Positions 27,980 to 38,440 are shown, numbered from the stretch's first letter. The stretch: 64,000 nt of DNA from an uncultured Candidatus Saccharibacteria bacterium (GCA_964362625.1 CAYIFA010000001.1:2994-66993); one strand, 5' to 3'. A program made the numbers and translations. The notes: generated by a model from the letters alone, not told the origin.

Positions 27980-29831
27980 AATATTTTCTTAGCCACAGTT
28001 CTAAATGAATCCACTGCCAAATGTGAAAAGAATTGGTATGGCTGATGATCGGAGCTTCGGTATATGCTTTGTATTCCGCGAGTATTTTTTTCTGGTCAAA
28101 ATAATGGCGATTAGCGAATGACTTTGAAGAAAGAATGGAGGTAATCCATGGCCTAAGTTCGCGCTTAAACCATTGACGCTGGGGACTGGGCACCGCGCGC
28201 TTAGGCGCATTCAAAACATACTCAGGCATTATTTTTTTAAGCGCTTGACGCATAAAATATCGCTGTTGGCCGCTATGAATTTTATGCCGACCGGCAAGCG
28301 ATATCCCTAGTTCCATCAAACGATAATCAACAAAAGGCACGCGCTGTTCTATGCCGTAAGCCATGGCCGCGCGATCAGCACTGTGAAGAATGCGCGGTAA
28401 TTTAGTATATAAAATATCGCGATATTGCATATTTTGCAAGGCCGATTCAAATGGTTTTTCGAAATCCGGGCGCTCGTGGTGAGACTGTTTAATAAAATTA
28501 CGGGATAGAACTTCGGCATTGGCAAAACTGCTGGCATCTGCCGATGTGCCGCCGAGAAAATAAGAAGATAAGGAGTTTATAAAAAATCTTAATACAGCGT
28601 GTTCATCAGAAATTGAACGCAGCATTCCGTAAGCATTCAATTCATCATACATCCGATCCAGCCCATCATTTTGCAAAACATCTAGAAAATAAGCGCCCAT
28701 ATAATACTCGTAGCCGGCGCCAACTTCATCTCCACCTTGTCCGCCCAAAATTACCGGAATTTTGTTTTCGCGGCAAACTTTGGCAAGCATGTGCAGGCCG
28801 AATGTCGGCAGCCCGGGGAACGGCTCATCTTGATGCCATAAAACTTCTTCGGCAAGGTCAGACATATCGCTAGGCGAAACTGTTATATACTCCCATTTCC
28901 ACCCCAATCCTTTCGCCAGCGCCTTCATAAAAGGAATTTCTTTGTCCTTATGGTCGCTGTAAACGTGCGAAAACAGCCGGAAATTTTTCTGGCCGCCAAC
29001 TATATGGTGCACCATCGCGGTTACTGCCGAAGAATCAAAACCGCCGGAAAGCTGAACGCCGATCGGAACATCGCTGCGTAATTGGATGCACACCGCGTCT
29101 TTAAAAACGTGGAAAAAATCTCCTGCGGCTTTTCCGCCGCTCCAGTTTGATAAATCAAGCACACGATCTTTTAGATCCCAGTATCGTTCAATCTTTAGTT
29201 TTCCGTTTTTATAAAGCAAAAAGCACCCGGCCGGAAGCTGATGAATATTTTCAAAAAAAGTTTCGTTGGTGTGATGATAATAGCCGTAAGCCAAATAGTC
29301 ATAAATAATTTTATCGTTCGGCTTGGTTTTAATGCCGGCGACGAGTAGTGCCTTTATTTCTGAAGCAAAATAAAATACGCCGTTTTGAATCGCATAATAA
29401 AATGGTTTGACCCCCAGGTGGTCTCGCGCCGCGTATAATTCTTTTTTGTGTTCGTCCCAAAGCGCGAATGCAAAAATGCCATTTAGATGTTCCGGCGTTC
29501 GCTTCCCCCATTTTTTATAACCTTTAAGCAAAACCTCGGTATCCGAAGAGCTCTGCCAGGGACCGGACAACTCTTTTTTTAGCTCAAGATAATTATAAAT
29601 TTCACCATTGAAAGTAATCCAAATTTTTCCTGAAGTATCGGGCATTGGCTGATGGCCAGACGCGCTCAAATCCAAAATACTCAAACGCCGATGCCCGAGC
29701 GCCGCGTTATCCTTTATATAAACTCCCTCATCATCCGACCCGCGATGCCGGATGGCCTTGACCATCCGCGCAAGTAATTTTGACGGTGGTTTTTGATTTT
29801 TTTTACAAACAAACCCGGCAATGCCGCACAT
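27972..29831 (-). CDS. Asparagine synthetase B-family glutamine amidotransferase (WbpS-like sugar amidotransferase candidate)
   Basis: An N-terminal MCGIAGF Ntn nucleophile and a PP-loop SGGFDSS motif are present. Length is 619 aa. Confidence 0.85.
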   Translation of the reverse strand: MCGIAGFVCKKNQKPPSKLLARMVKAIRHRGSDDEGVYIKDNAALGHRRLSILDLSASGHQPMPDTSGKIWITFNGEIYNYLELKKELSGPWQSSSDTEVLLKGYKKWGKRTPEHLNGIFAFALWDEHKKELYAARDHLGVKPFYYAIQNGVFYFASEIKALLVAGIKTKPNDKIIYDYLAYGYYHHTNETFFENIHQLPAGCFLLYKNGKLKIERYWDLKDRVLDLSNWSGGKAAGDFFHVFKDAVCIQLRSDVPIGVQLSGGFDSSAVTAMVHHIVGGQKNFRLFSHVYSDHKDKEIPFMKALAKGLGWKWEYITVSPSDMSDLAEEVLWHQDEPFPGLPTFGLHMLAKVCRENKIPVILGGQGGDEVGAGYEYYMGAYFLDVLQNDGLDRMYDELNAYGMLRSISDEHAVLRFFINSLSSYFLGGTSADASSFANAEVLSRNFIKQSHHERPDFEKPFESALQNMQYRDILYTKLPRILHSADRAAMAYGIEQRVPFVDYRLMELGISLAGRHKIHSGQQRYFMRQALKKIMPEYVLNAPKRAVPSPQRQWFKRELRPWITSILSSKSFANRHYFDQKKILAEYKAYTEAPIISHTNSFHIWQWIHLELWLRKYFD

Positions 29832-29925
29832 ATGATTATGATATTTTAAGCTTTATTATGAAATAACGCAAAGATAAGATCCAAGTCAGGTATTTATTTT
29901 TAGTAAAACATGGTATATTTTCTTC

Positions 29926-30912
29926 ATGGAAAAACTCCTACGCATTCCCCGGGCTAACTATGCGAATCATCCGGCTTATGGCGAGCTCTTTGGCAAACCC
30001 TCATTATTTTTACGAGCTAGGGCTCTTAAGCGTTTTCTGCCTCAATTTTTCCGCCAAATCAAAAGAGCAATCGCTGAAAACCGCCGACCGGTAGATTCTC
30101 TCGAACTGACTGCAGAAGATAACCGCCGCTTTCCATTGCTGGCTACGCTAGTTCGGGATGGAATTGCCGCGCTTAACTTAAGCGATCAGGAGATTACGCG
30201 CATCCGTCAAAACGCCGAACCGCATATTCAAGATTTACAAAAACACAAATATTCAATTCCGGTCGGTAAACGGCAATTTAAAGATAAAGTCCGCGCCATA
30301 CCCAAAAAAGAATTTCCGGAATTCTTCACTATGATCAGTGAAATATTGGGCGGACATCAAGTTATAGAAACATTATCTCGTTATCGGGGCTTCGCTCTGG
30401 CCTTCAATAACATCTTTGTTCATATCAGCGACCCCGACGATGTTGATTGGCGCAACAAATTTAGCGACATCAATCTCCCTGACCCGAAAAGCGTTTATAT
30501 GCACTTTGATTCCAAAATCCAACGCACGAAATGCCTGCTTTATCTTACGACCGTTACTGCCGACAATGGCCCGTTTTGCCATATTCGGGGGAGTAACCGC
30601 ATTAAAACCGGATTTCTGGAGTATGTGACCAGAAAAGCCAATGATAAAAGCGGTCTGGATGGCTGGGAACCCCAAACGCGGCGCCTATTTTCCGCTCTGC
30701 CGAAATTTTTTCAGCACAAATCAGAGTTCGGCAATGACCTCTCGGACTCTGATCCGGAAACCCAAAAGATGCTCGCCTTAGAAAGGCAATTCACTACCAC
30801 TGACGGGAACCTGCTTCTTTTTGACACCGATAGTCTACATCGCGGTGGGATGATAAAAGAAGGACAGCGTATTATGCTGCAAATTGATTTTGTCCGCGCT
30901 TCCAGCGCGTAA
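29926..30912 (+). CDS. PhyH-family Fe(II)/2-oxoglutarate dioxygenase-like protein
   Basis: An HxD motif (MHFDSK), a TADNGPFCHIRGSN motif (compare the PhyH GSH motif) and a distal SLHRGG motif are present. It is one of only a few plus-strand genes. Confidence 0.55.
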   Translation: MEKLLRIPRANYANHPAYGELFGKPSLFLRARALKRFLPQFFRQIKRAIAENRRPVDSLELTAEDNRRFPLLATLVRDGIAALNLSDQEITRIRQNAEPHIQDLQKHKYSIPVGKRQFKDKVRAIPKKEFPEFFTMISEILGGHQVIETLSRYRGFALAFNNIFVHISDPDDVDWRNKFSDINLPDPKSVYMHFDSKIQRTKCLLYLTTVTADNGPFCHIRGSNRIKTGFLEYVTRKANDKSGLDGWEPQTRRLFSALPKFFQHKSEFGNDLSDSDPETQKMLALERQFTTTDGNLLLFDTDSLHRGGMIKEGQRIMLQIDFVRASSA

Positions 30913-30922
30913 CTGGCACGCC

Positions 30923-31933
30923 ATGAACATATTCATCGACGAGCAACTTGAACATTACTTTGCCCGCTACCCGCTTACCTTAATAGACGTCGGCGCAAGC
31001 GGCGGACTCCAAGAAAATTGGCGCGAGGCCGAACGATTTCTTAAAGTAATCGGCTTTGAGCCCGACTCCCGCTCCAAAGCCATGGGGCCAAAAACTTCCG
31101 GAAACATCAACTTGGAATGCGGGCTCCACAATAAAAAAACAGCTGTTGATTTTTATCTGACTCGTTCAAAAACAAAATCATCATTCTTTAAGCCGAATTT
31201 TGATTTTCTTTCCAAGTTTCCTAAATCCGATTTCTATGAAATAGTGGGCAAGCGAAGAATAGAATGCGACACGCTTGATAATCAATTGCGCGGGCATAGT
31301 ATCCAGGATGTTGATTTCATAAAAATAGATACGCAGGGCAGCGAATTATTTATTTTGGAAGGCGCAGAAAACCTGCTCGCTGGCCCGATTTTCGGGATAG
31401 AAGTTGAAGTGGAATTTGCATCAATGTACGAAAACCAGCCGCTTTTTGCCGAAGTCGATTTGTTTTTAAAAAAGCACGGATTCCAACTTTTTGATCTCGC
31501 GCCTTGTTACTGGAAGCGCAAAGGCGGGCGGGCGTTAGGCGGTCCGCAAGGACAATTGATTTATGCCGACGCGCTATATTTTAAAAATGACGCGGCCTTC
31601 AATAGTTTCATCGGCCATCTTACGCCGGATGAACTAAAGAGATCTAAAGTTTTACGCGCGCTTTCCGTATGCTTGCTTTATGGCTATTTTGATTACGCTG
31701 TGGAACTTTTTGAAGCGAATAAAAAAATATTCGGCAAAACTGAATCCGAATTAATTGAATCGCGGATTAAAAATGCCGGTCAAAAATACGGCAAAAACTT
31801 GAAATTCCGCGGCCAGGAAGCGCTCGCGCGCGCGCTCTACAAATTATGGAAAATCTTCACGCCCAAAGATTATGGTTGGAGACGTTTCAGATATAAACCG
31901 GGCAATCGCGCGAGCGACTTCATTTCGCAGTGA
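30923..31933 (+). CDS. FkbM-family methyltransferase
   Basis: LIDVGASGG and IDTQGSELFIL motifs (compare FkbM ikiDvEGaE) are present. The start is trimmed to MNIF to avoid overlapping the upstream gene. Confidence 0.7.
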   Translation: MNIFIDEQLEHYFARYPLTLIDVGASGGLQENWREAERFLKVIGFEPDSRSKAMGPKTSGNINLECGLHNKKTAVDFYLTRSKTKSSFFKPNFDFLSKFPKSDFYEIVGKRRIECDTLDNQLRGHSIQDVDFIKIDTQGSELFILEGAENLLAGPIFGIEVEVEFASMYENQPLFAEVDLFLKKHGFQLFDLAPCYWKRKGGRALGGPQGQLIYADALYFKNDAAFNSFIGHLTPDELKRSKVLRALSVCLLYGYFDYAVELFEANKKIFGKTESELIESRIKNAGQKYGKNLKFRGQEALARALYKLWKIFTPKDYGWRRFRYKPGNRASDFISQ

Positions 31934-31944
31934 TTCGAAAAAAT

Positions 31945-32838
31945 TTAACTAAATCCGCCGTCCCAAATATATTCTATCTTTTTTCTTTTCCTGGCCGAGG
32001 AAGCAAAAATTCTTATTTTCAAAAATTTATGAATGCGTTTATAGACGCGCCGGAATGAACCTTCTCTTAAAAAAACTCTCAGACGATAACGCAGATAAAA
32101 AATCCTCGAACAGTATTCGCGAGCGATTCGCAACCTGGCCAATTGATGTTGCCTTCTTCTGGTATTAATAATGCTATGCGGGTAAATCGCGTGCTCAAAT
32201 AAGTAGATTCGGCAAAATCGCACTCGGCCGCCTTGATAGATAACTCTCGCGACAAAATCACCGTCCGCGGCCACTGAATTGCATAGTCCGAACTTGGCAA
32301 AGGTTTTTTGGCGGTAAACAAATCCCATGCCGCAGGCGTTATATCTAAACACGTCTTCCGGGCTCGACCCGTAATTAGTGCCGGGCGGCAGCCAATATGG
32401 GAGTTTTTTGGTGCCATATTTGCGCATTCCGCCGCACACCAACAAATCAATTTCCGAATACCGGTTCAAAACCTCAATTGCTTTTTCAATGCCTTCACGG
32501 TAAACAATGTCGTCATCAGACATAAGATAAATGTATCTCCCCCGGGCCAGCATAATTCCTTTATTGGACGCCTCATATGCGTTGCCATCCGGCTCAGATA
32601 CAAAAACGTTAACCAGATTTCCGAAGCTCTTAACTATTTCCAAAGTATTATCATTTGAGCCGCCGTCAATAAGCAATAGTTCGTCATCCGGACCAATAAG
32701 CTCTTTTGCGCGCTCAAGCGCGCTTTCCAGAAATCCTGCCCGGTTTTTTGTAGCCAAGACATACGAAACCCGCTTGGAATGCGCGGCATCGAAACTATAA
32801 GCACTATTTTTATCAGTATTAATCATTTTCCGGGCCAA
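31945..32838 (-). CDS. Glycosyltransferase family 2 (GT-A fold)
   Basis: It has the motifs VSYVLATKNRAGFLESAL and IDGGSNDNT, and a DDD motif. Confidence 0.8.
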   Translation of the reverse strand: MARKMINTDKNSAYSFDAAHSKRVSYVLATKNRAGFLESALERAKELIGPDDELLLIDGGSNDNTLEIVKSFGNLVNVFVSEPDGNAYEASNKGIMLARGRYIYLMSDDDIVYREGIEKAIEVLNRYSEIDLLVCGGMRKYGTKKLPYWLPPGTNYGSSPEDVFRYNACGMGFVYRQKTFAKFGLCNSVAADGDFVARVIYQGGRVRFCRIYLFEHAIYPHSIINTRRRQHQLARLRIAREYCSRIFYLRYRLRVFLREGSFRRVYKRIHKFLKIRIFASSARKRKKIEYIWDGGFS

Positions 32839-33587
32839 GTTCCGATAAATCCTTGCGAAGCGGTTAAAATGCCTTCGTTTTTATACGAGCGCACTTCGTC
32901 CCTCCGAGTCTTGCTGAATTTCCGATAAATTCCCCACTTTTTTGCCCCCCAGCCGCGAGTCCACAACCGCATCATAAGCGGGTGGTCAAATTTCCTGCCG
33001 TAAGTTTGCCACAAGCTTGAATTCTTTTTGACAATCTCGTTCAAAAATACATTGTCGGCGTAAATAACGAATCCGCCCTTTTCAATAATTCGCAGGGTCA
33101 TATCGGTCTCTCCGTGGCTCGAAACAAAACGGTTGTCCAGTCCTCCCAAATTCCGCCATACGCTTTTCTTATATATACCGCAAAGATATGGCATCAGCGG
33201 AGAGCCTTGGTCATCACGGATGAAACGATTTTCTCTTTCCCTATCCCTATGCTTTTTATAAATTAACGAACCAATAGCTAAATCGCTTTTCGCGCCCAAC
33301 ATCGCCGCGTATAATTTATCAAGCGCATGTTCGCTATAAACAATATCATCAACTGTTGGCATTATATATTCGCCTTTAACAAGGCGGCTGGCCGCCTCTA
33401 GACATTGCTGCGGCTTGACATCGCTATACACATACTTAAAATTTTCGGGAAGACTAAAGGTCGGTTTTTCCGGTCCGACAAAAATTAGCTCAAATGGAAC
33501 TTCGTTTGACTTCAGCATTTCATAATAAGCCAGCCACAACTTAGTTCTTTTCGCCGGACCAATTAAACTTATGATCGGGTCCGGCAT
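32823..33587 (-). CDS. Hypothetical protein, possible GT-A-like glycosyltransferase
   Basis: An FVGPEKP and TVDDIVY DxD-like pattern is present. The assignment is weak. Confidence 0.3.
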   Translation of the reverse strand: MPDPIISLIGPAKRTKLWLAYYEMLKSNEVPFELIFVGPEKPTFSLPENFKYVYSDVKPQQCLEAASRLVKGEYIMPTVDDIVYSEHALDKLYAAMLGAKSDLAIGSLIYKKHRDRERENRFIRDDQGSPLMPYLCGIYKKSVWRNLGGLDNRFVSSHGETDMTLRIIEKGGFVIYADNVFLNEIVKKNSSLWQTYGRKFDHPLMMRLWTRGWGAKKWGIYRKFSKTRRDEVRSYKNEGILTASQGFIGTWPGK

Positions 33588-33654
33588 ACAAGATATCCAG
33601 TATATTTATAAATCATAGTACTTATTTTTATACCACGTAAAACCAAGAATTCCA

Positions 33655-33700
33655 ACATTAAAAAAGACAGAGCAAGCTTGCTCTGTCTTTGTGCCCTTTG
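33655..33700. terminator. Bidirectional rho-independent terminator
   Basis: A perfect palindrome (gacagagcaagcttgctctgtc) flanked by aaaaaa on the 5' side and tttgtgccctttgcttt on the 3' side. Confidence 0.65.
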
Positions 33701-33706
33701 CTTTAA

Positions 33707-34681
33707 TTAAACATTTTTACGCCGATGATACCAAGCTATGGTTCGTTTTAGACCTTCCTTTAGTGTTGTTTCGGCTCTAAAGCCAATCAATCGTTCTGCT
33801 TTCGCGGTATCAATCAGACGTTTCGGGATCATTGTCGGTTTTGATTCGTAAAAAATCAGCCGAGGCCCGTAACCTTCGATTTCAAAAGCCAAACGCAATA
33901 CATCTTTGACCGTAACCGGAACGCCAGTCGCGATATTGATCGGCTCGAAAGTCCCCAATTTCTCCATAGCCAGAAGCATGCCGCGAACAAAATCACTGAT
34001 ATAAAGCAAATCCTTAATATCGTTACCGTCGCCCCAAACTTCAATTGGATTGTGGCGTTCAATTACTTTGCGGATATTGGCCGCCACCATATGCGAAGTT
34101 GCCCACTCAAAATCATCATATTCGCCATAGAGATTAGCCGGACGCACTACTACCACCGGCATGGGATTTTTGATTTTCCCTGCGTACATCTCGCACATTA
34201 CTTCGCTAAACTGCTTCATCCAGCCGGCAAAAAAGTATTTTGAAAACAAATTGCCATACTCCATTTCATCTTCTTTGACCGGATGATCGGCTACAGGATA
34301 GACGGCACTGGAAGAAATGAACAGAAACTTCTTGACCGCGGCCTGATGGGCCGCTTCCAGCATCAAAGAATTCATGATTACGTTTGGCGTAACGTGCACA
34401 AGCGGCGTCTTTTCCATAACTGCCGCGCCAGAAGTGTTGGCCGCGCACATAAAGACATAATCCATGCTCCGGACAATGCGTCTTGCATGATTGCCATTGG
34501 TAAGGTCGGCGAATATGTAATCAACCCCCTCATTTGTGTACTGCGGAAGTTTTTTGTGGTAAGTCGCCCGCACTTCCGCCCCCAATTCAACCAATCTAAT
34601 AATCAGATTTGTTCCGACAAACCCGGCACCACCAGTAACCAAAACCTTTTTACCGCGGAAAAAATCGCCCATCTTATTCAT
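33707..34681 (-). CDS. GDP-L-fucose synthase-like NAD-dependent epimerase/reductase (Fcl/WcaG family)
   Basis: The Rossmann motif VTGGAGFVG and an Fcl-type VRPANLYGEYDDF motif are present. Confidence 0.75.
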   Translation of the reverse strand: MNKMGDFFRGKKVLVTGGAGFVGTNLIIRLVELGAEVRATYHKKLPQYTNEGVDYIFADLTNGNHARRIVRSMDYVFMCAANTSGAAVMEKTPLVHVTPNVIMNSLMLEAAHQAAVKKFLFISSSAVYPVADHPVKEDEMEYGNLFSKYFFAGWMKQFSEVMCEMYAGKIKNPMPVVVVRPANLYGEYDDFEWATSHMVAANIRKVIERHNPIEVWGDGNDIKDLLYISDFVRGMLLAMEKLGTFEPINIATGVPVTVKDVLRLAFEIEGYGPRLIFYESKPTMIPKRLIDTAKAERLIGFRAETTLKEGLKRTIAWYHRRKNV

Positions 34682-35210
34682 CTACTGACCCCCTTTCGTC
34701 TCTCATCGACACTATCGGGTTTTTGACCGGCCACCACACGTTAAAGCGCGAATCGTTATATCTGACGGTAAACTGTCTGGCCATTCCCTGATACACGCAG
34801 GATTGCTTGTAGTGGAAAATTGCATCTTCGCTCATCACCACATAAGCATGGCCGTGTTTAGGTGGAATCAAAACTTGCATTTTGTTCTCGGCGCTCGGAA
34901 CAAAGCTCTGCCACTGACCAAACTGGTCTGAATCCGAATCGTAATTCAACACCACTATATAAAACTTGCCCTTAAGGCAAGTCACCAGTTTCCAGGTTCG
35001 GTCATCGCCATGAAAACCACGCAAAACGTATTTGGATGATTTGGCAACGTTGTCTTCCAGAAATTCAAGCTCAAAACCAGTTTCTTGTCTGATAACATCG
35101 GTATAAACCTTCTTGTTATACAACTCCTCATATGTGCCGCGATGATCCTCAAAAGCGAAGTGTTTAAAGACCAAAACGTTTTTTAGTTTTGTCCTTTCAA
35201 CCGAAACCAT
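34674..35210 (-). CDS. dTDP-4-dehydrorhamnose 3,5-epimerase family (RmlC-like cupin)
   Basis: FEDHRG and RGFHGD motifs (compare RmlC DeRGfF and RGLHfQ) are present. The 39-aa hydrophobic N-terminal extension of the ORF is judged spurious, so the start is trimmed to MVSVER. Confidence 0.7.
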   Translation of the reverse strand: MVSVERTKLKNVLVFKHFAFEDHRGTYEELYNKKVYTDVIRQETGFELEFLEDNVAKSSKYVLRGFHGDDRTWKLVTCLKGKFYIVVLNYDSDSDQFGQWQSFVPSAENKMQVLIPPKHGHAYVVMSEDAIFHYKQSCVYQGMARQFTVRYNDSRFNVWWPVKNPIVSMRDERGSVDE

Positions 35211-35350
35211 ACAGTCCTCCTGCCTTTGAGTGGTTTTTATGTCAAGGACCTTCAGACTTAAGGAAAATGATAGCAAAACCAAAAAAAAAGTCCAGAACGC
35301 AAGCACCATCACAGGTTCCCGTATCAATGTATTGACGTTCCGGGAACGTC

Positions 35351-35382
35351 AAAATGCCATAAATCTTGGCAAAAAAAACCCG
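35351..35382 (-). terminator. Rho-independent terminator
   Basis: A run of 8 A precedes a 9-bp stem (ccgcttcgc-acat-agcgaagcgg). Confidence 0.7.
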
Positions 35383-35408
35383 CTTCGCACATAGCGAAGC
35401 GGTTCGGT

Positions 35409-36377
35409 TCATTTGTAAGGATTAAATCTCGTTTCTTTTTTATTCCGGTTATCTTTATACCATTCGACGGTCATCCGTATGCCATCATTTAATGAAACGC
35501 GCGGGAAAAACCCATAAGAACTTATCCGTCTGGTATCAAGTATGCGCTTACGATCTCCTGACGGCTTAGAAGTATCTGAGGCCACCGCCGGTTTGGCTTT
35601 TGCATATTCAATAATCAAGTTAAGCAATTCCAGAATTTTAACACCGTGCCCGCTACCAATGTTTACCGGTTCGTATATTTCGCTTTCAGCCGCAAAAAGC
35701 ATTCCTCTGGCCACGTCTTCGGAATAAATAAAGTCGCGCTCTTGCATGCCGTCGCCGCTCAAAATTACAGCGTTCTCTCCGTCGCAAATTCTGCGTATGA
35801 GCGACGGAATAACCATCGCGCCCGCTGACCAAAAATCATCATAAGGGCCGTAGGTATTCGCCGGACGCACAATCGAGGTCTTGAAGCCGTATTCAATACG
35901 ATAAGCTTCGGCCTGCATTTCACCAGTCAATTTTGCCCATCCGGGGAACAAATCATTTGACGACGGCAACGCCTTACGGGCGTTATCTTCGTAAAAAACT
36001 TCAGCTGACGGATATACCCCGATAGAACTCGCGAGAAGATATCCTTTAACGCCGGCCTCGCGCGCGGCGCGCAAAAGATTTACGTCCAGAAGAATATTGG
36101 AATCTAGGAGCGTTGCGGGCCGGGTCTTGGCCATCACCGGCGAACCCTTAACGCAAAGCAGATTAAAAACATAATCCATGGTGCTACAAGCCCACAAGCA
36201 ATTCCGATAATCAAGCAAATCAAGGTTATGAAAAATGCATCCAGGATGCGCGCGCGACTTATGGTCTAAGGAAACCGCAAAAACCTGCGCCTCTTTAGCA
36301 ATAAGCATTTCGACCAGCGGAATTCCAATAAGCCCGGTCCCGCCAGCGACTAAAACTCTTTTCCCGCTAAAGTCCAT
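35409..36377 (-). CDS. NAD-dependent epimerase/dehydratase (Fcl-like), paralog
   Basis: VLVAGGTGLIG and VRPANTYGPYDDF motifs are present. It is a paralog of the gene at 47534..48520. Confidence 0.75.
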   Translation of the reverse strand: MDFSGKRVLVAGGTGLIGIPLVEMLIAKEAQVFAVSLDHKSRAHPGCIFHNLDLLDYRNCLWACSTMDYVFNLLCVKGSPVMAKTRPATLLDSNILLDVNLLRAAREAGVKGYLLASSIGVYPSAEVFYEDNARKALPSSNDLFPGWAKLTGEMQAEAYRIEYGFKTSIVRPANTYGPYDDFWSAGAMVIPSLIRRICDGENAVILSGDGMQERDFIYSEDVARGMLFAAESEIYEPVNIGSGHGVKILELLNLIIEYAKAKPAVASDTSKPSGDRKRILDTRRISSYGFFPRVSLNDGIRMTVEWYKDNRNKKETRFNPYK

Positions 36378-38440
36378 TAGAAATGCCCTCCTATCTCCGA
36401 ACCCATCGGTTGATTGCCGTAAAGATAGGCGCCGCGCTTATTGCCATACCAAACTACATAACGAAACCAATCTTCCCAACTCCACCATTTTTGCGAAGCG
36501 CGATCAATGCTGTAACGAAAACTGCCTTTCTCGAGCTCAACCTCTCGCATTGCGCGCTTACCCTGATAGAATTCGCGGAGATTGTAAGAACTCTCAAACA
36601 CCAAATCTTTATCGCAAAAAGGCAGTTTAACAAGAGCGCGATTGAAACCGATGGCTTCCTTAAGCAGCTGCGGGTCAACCACCAGCGGTCGTGAAGCAAA
36701 AAAACGAAAGAGCGCATTCTTGGCTTCAACATAGAACTGATCAAGTTTGCCTTCCCGGCAAAGTTTAATGAAGATAAACTCATCCGGCGGCCAATAGATA
36801 TTCAGCCATTCCTTAGACGGACATTGCTCAATCCCGCCCTGCTGGATGCTTTTGGCTTTGTCGGTAAAAAATGACCCGATTTCAGAGAGTATCGGAAACT
36901 CGGTTAAATCACCTTCGGTAAATACTTCTATTAAATCGCGGTAGCTCGCTAGGGTCGTTTCGGCGAGGATGATTAATGGAATCTGAAATATCTTGTCAAA
37001 ATGCAAGAGTGATGTTGTCCAACAAAATACCCGGGTGCGTACCCAATCTTCTCTGGACATCGATTTTGTTTCAATGACAATATCTTCCGTCTCTGGTATT
37101 CCGCCCGGATCTTCATCAATTACGCCGTGATAAATTACTGATTCTACTTCCACGGTTTTCAAACCGTATTTCTCAATGTATTCCGGTTCAGCCATTGGAG
37201 CATTAGGCATCATGGATAGATTGCCGAACTGAATACGATTATGCTGGCCTTCCTTGATAGTGAGGGCGATGCCGTCAGCAAACGAATCATATGTCTCTTT
37301 GGATAATGCAATGATCATGTCGCTATATGTTTCTATATTGGCCTCAACAAATCGTCGGTTAAGATTTATGAAGTCAATGGAAGAAATATTTTCACGGTCG
37401 ATGGCCTTAAGGACTTCGGGGCTCCGCGATTGAAACGCGAGAGTCACGCCCTTATTCAATCCAGCGTCAGCCAAAATTTTTTGCGCTTGAAAAATCCGTT
37501 CTTCGGCGTTTTTGGCGTTTTGCACCGAAAGCGCGTGCGGATAGCCATACTTGGCTTTCACTTCCGCCGCTTTGCGCGCGATGTCTACATCTCTGGGGAA
37601 AATGCCGAAGTTAGCGTCACAGCAAAAAATGAATTCAATTTTGCGTTCGGCAAACCATTCCAACTCCTTATAGAGCGTATCCAATTCAAACCGCATTACT
37701 TTGCTCTTGGTGTTTGAACCCCAATCGCAAAAAGTGCAGGAGAAAGGACAGCCGCGGTTAGTCTCCCACATAGCGAGCCACTTCTCGTTTTCGTTTTCCC
37801 GCATCAAAGCATCGAGTGCCCCATTTAGATAAGGCGACGGCATGCTAGTCAAGGACCGCATACGCCCCATCCATTCGGTCTGCCGGTATACTCCACTTTC
37901 AGCGATAAAACTTGTTGAAGGAATTAGATCCCAGTGGCCTCGCCCGAAAAAAGCTTTTTCCAGAATATGCACAAAAACCTGCTCTCCCTCATTGTGACAG
38001 CAAATATCAACAAACGGGTTTTCACGGAGGAACTTTTCGGAGCGGTCAGGAACTTCCGGTCCTCCGAAAACAGTAATAATATCGGGTTTTTTTCTTTTAA
38101 GCCGGCGCGCGATTTCCCGCGAAAGGTTTTTATTCCAGCAATATAAACTGAAGCCGACCAGATCAGAATCTTCCAGCTTCTCCACCGCTTCATCTACCGG
38201 CATACGCTTGTAAATCGGCGGCGCGAAAGTGTAACATTCGGGCCGCGCGAGATTGTGTTCGGCATAAACCTGCAAATCCGCCACCGAAAGCGGCAGATAA
38301 CTTTCTCCGGAAAAGCTGTTGTTGATTTGCACCAAACCGATATTCATCGCGCGGCTTGGCGCAAAAATCAAATTTTCGGTTTTTTCTGATCCCTTAAACT
38401 GGCTCTGCGGGCTGATGACCGGTAAAACTTGACTGACCAT
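36377..38440 (-). CDS. Cobalamin (B12)-binding radical SAM enzyme (class B radical SAM, candidate C-methyltransferase), paralog 1
   Basis: An N-terminal B12-binding-like domain, a CPFSCTFCDW CxxxCxxC radical SAM cluster motif and a long C-terminal extension are present. The alternative start MNIGLV is at 38347. Confidence 0.8.
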   Translation of the reverse strand: MVSQVLPVISPQSQFKGSEKTENLIFAPSRAMNIGLVQINNSFSGESYLPLSVADLQVYAEHNLARPECYTFAPPIYKRMPVDEAVEKLEDSDLVGFSLYCWNKNLSREIARRLKRKKPDIITVFGGPEVPDRSEKFLRENPFVDICCHNEGEQVFVHILEKAFFGRGHWDLIPSTSFIAESGVYRQTEWMGRMRSLTSMPSPYLNGALDALMRENENEKWLAMWETNRGCPFSCTFCDWGSNTKSKVMRFELDTLYKELEWFAERKIEFIFCCDANFGIFPRDVDIARKAAEVKAKYGYPHALSVQNAKNAEERIFQAQKILADAGLNKGVTLAFQSRSPEVLKAIDRENISSIDFINLNRRFVEANIETYSDMIIALSKETYDSFADGIALTIKEGQHNRIQFGNLSMMPNAPMAEPEYIEKYGLKTVEVESVIYHGVIDEDPGGIPETEDIVIETKSMSREDWVRTRVFCWTTSLLHFDKIFQIPLIILAETTLASYRDLIEVFTEGDLTEFPILSEIGSFFTDKAKSIQQGGIEQCPSKEWLNIYWPPDEFIFIKLCREGKLDQFYVEAKNALFRFFASRPLVVDPQLLKEAIGFNRALVKLPFCDKDLVFESSYNLREFYQGKRAMREVELEKGSFRYSIDRASQKWWSWEDWFRYVVWYGNKRGAYLYGNQPMGSEIGGHF

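Noticed and set aside
34674-35327. Hydrophobic N-terminal segment (MIREPVMVLAFWTFFLVLLSFSLSL) that looks like a signal peptide or TM helix on the RmlC-like protein
   Set aside because: The conserved RmlC fold starts at the internal Met (MVSVER...). The extension is unconserved, and RmlC enzymes are cytoplasmic. It is most likely an artefact of taking the longest ORF.
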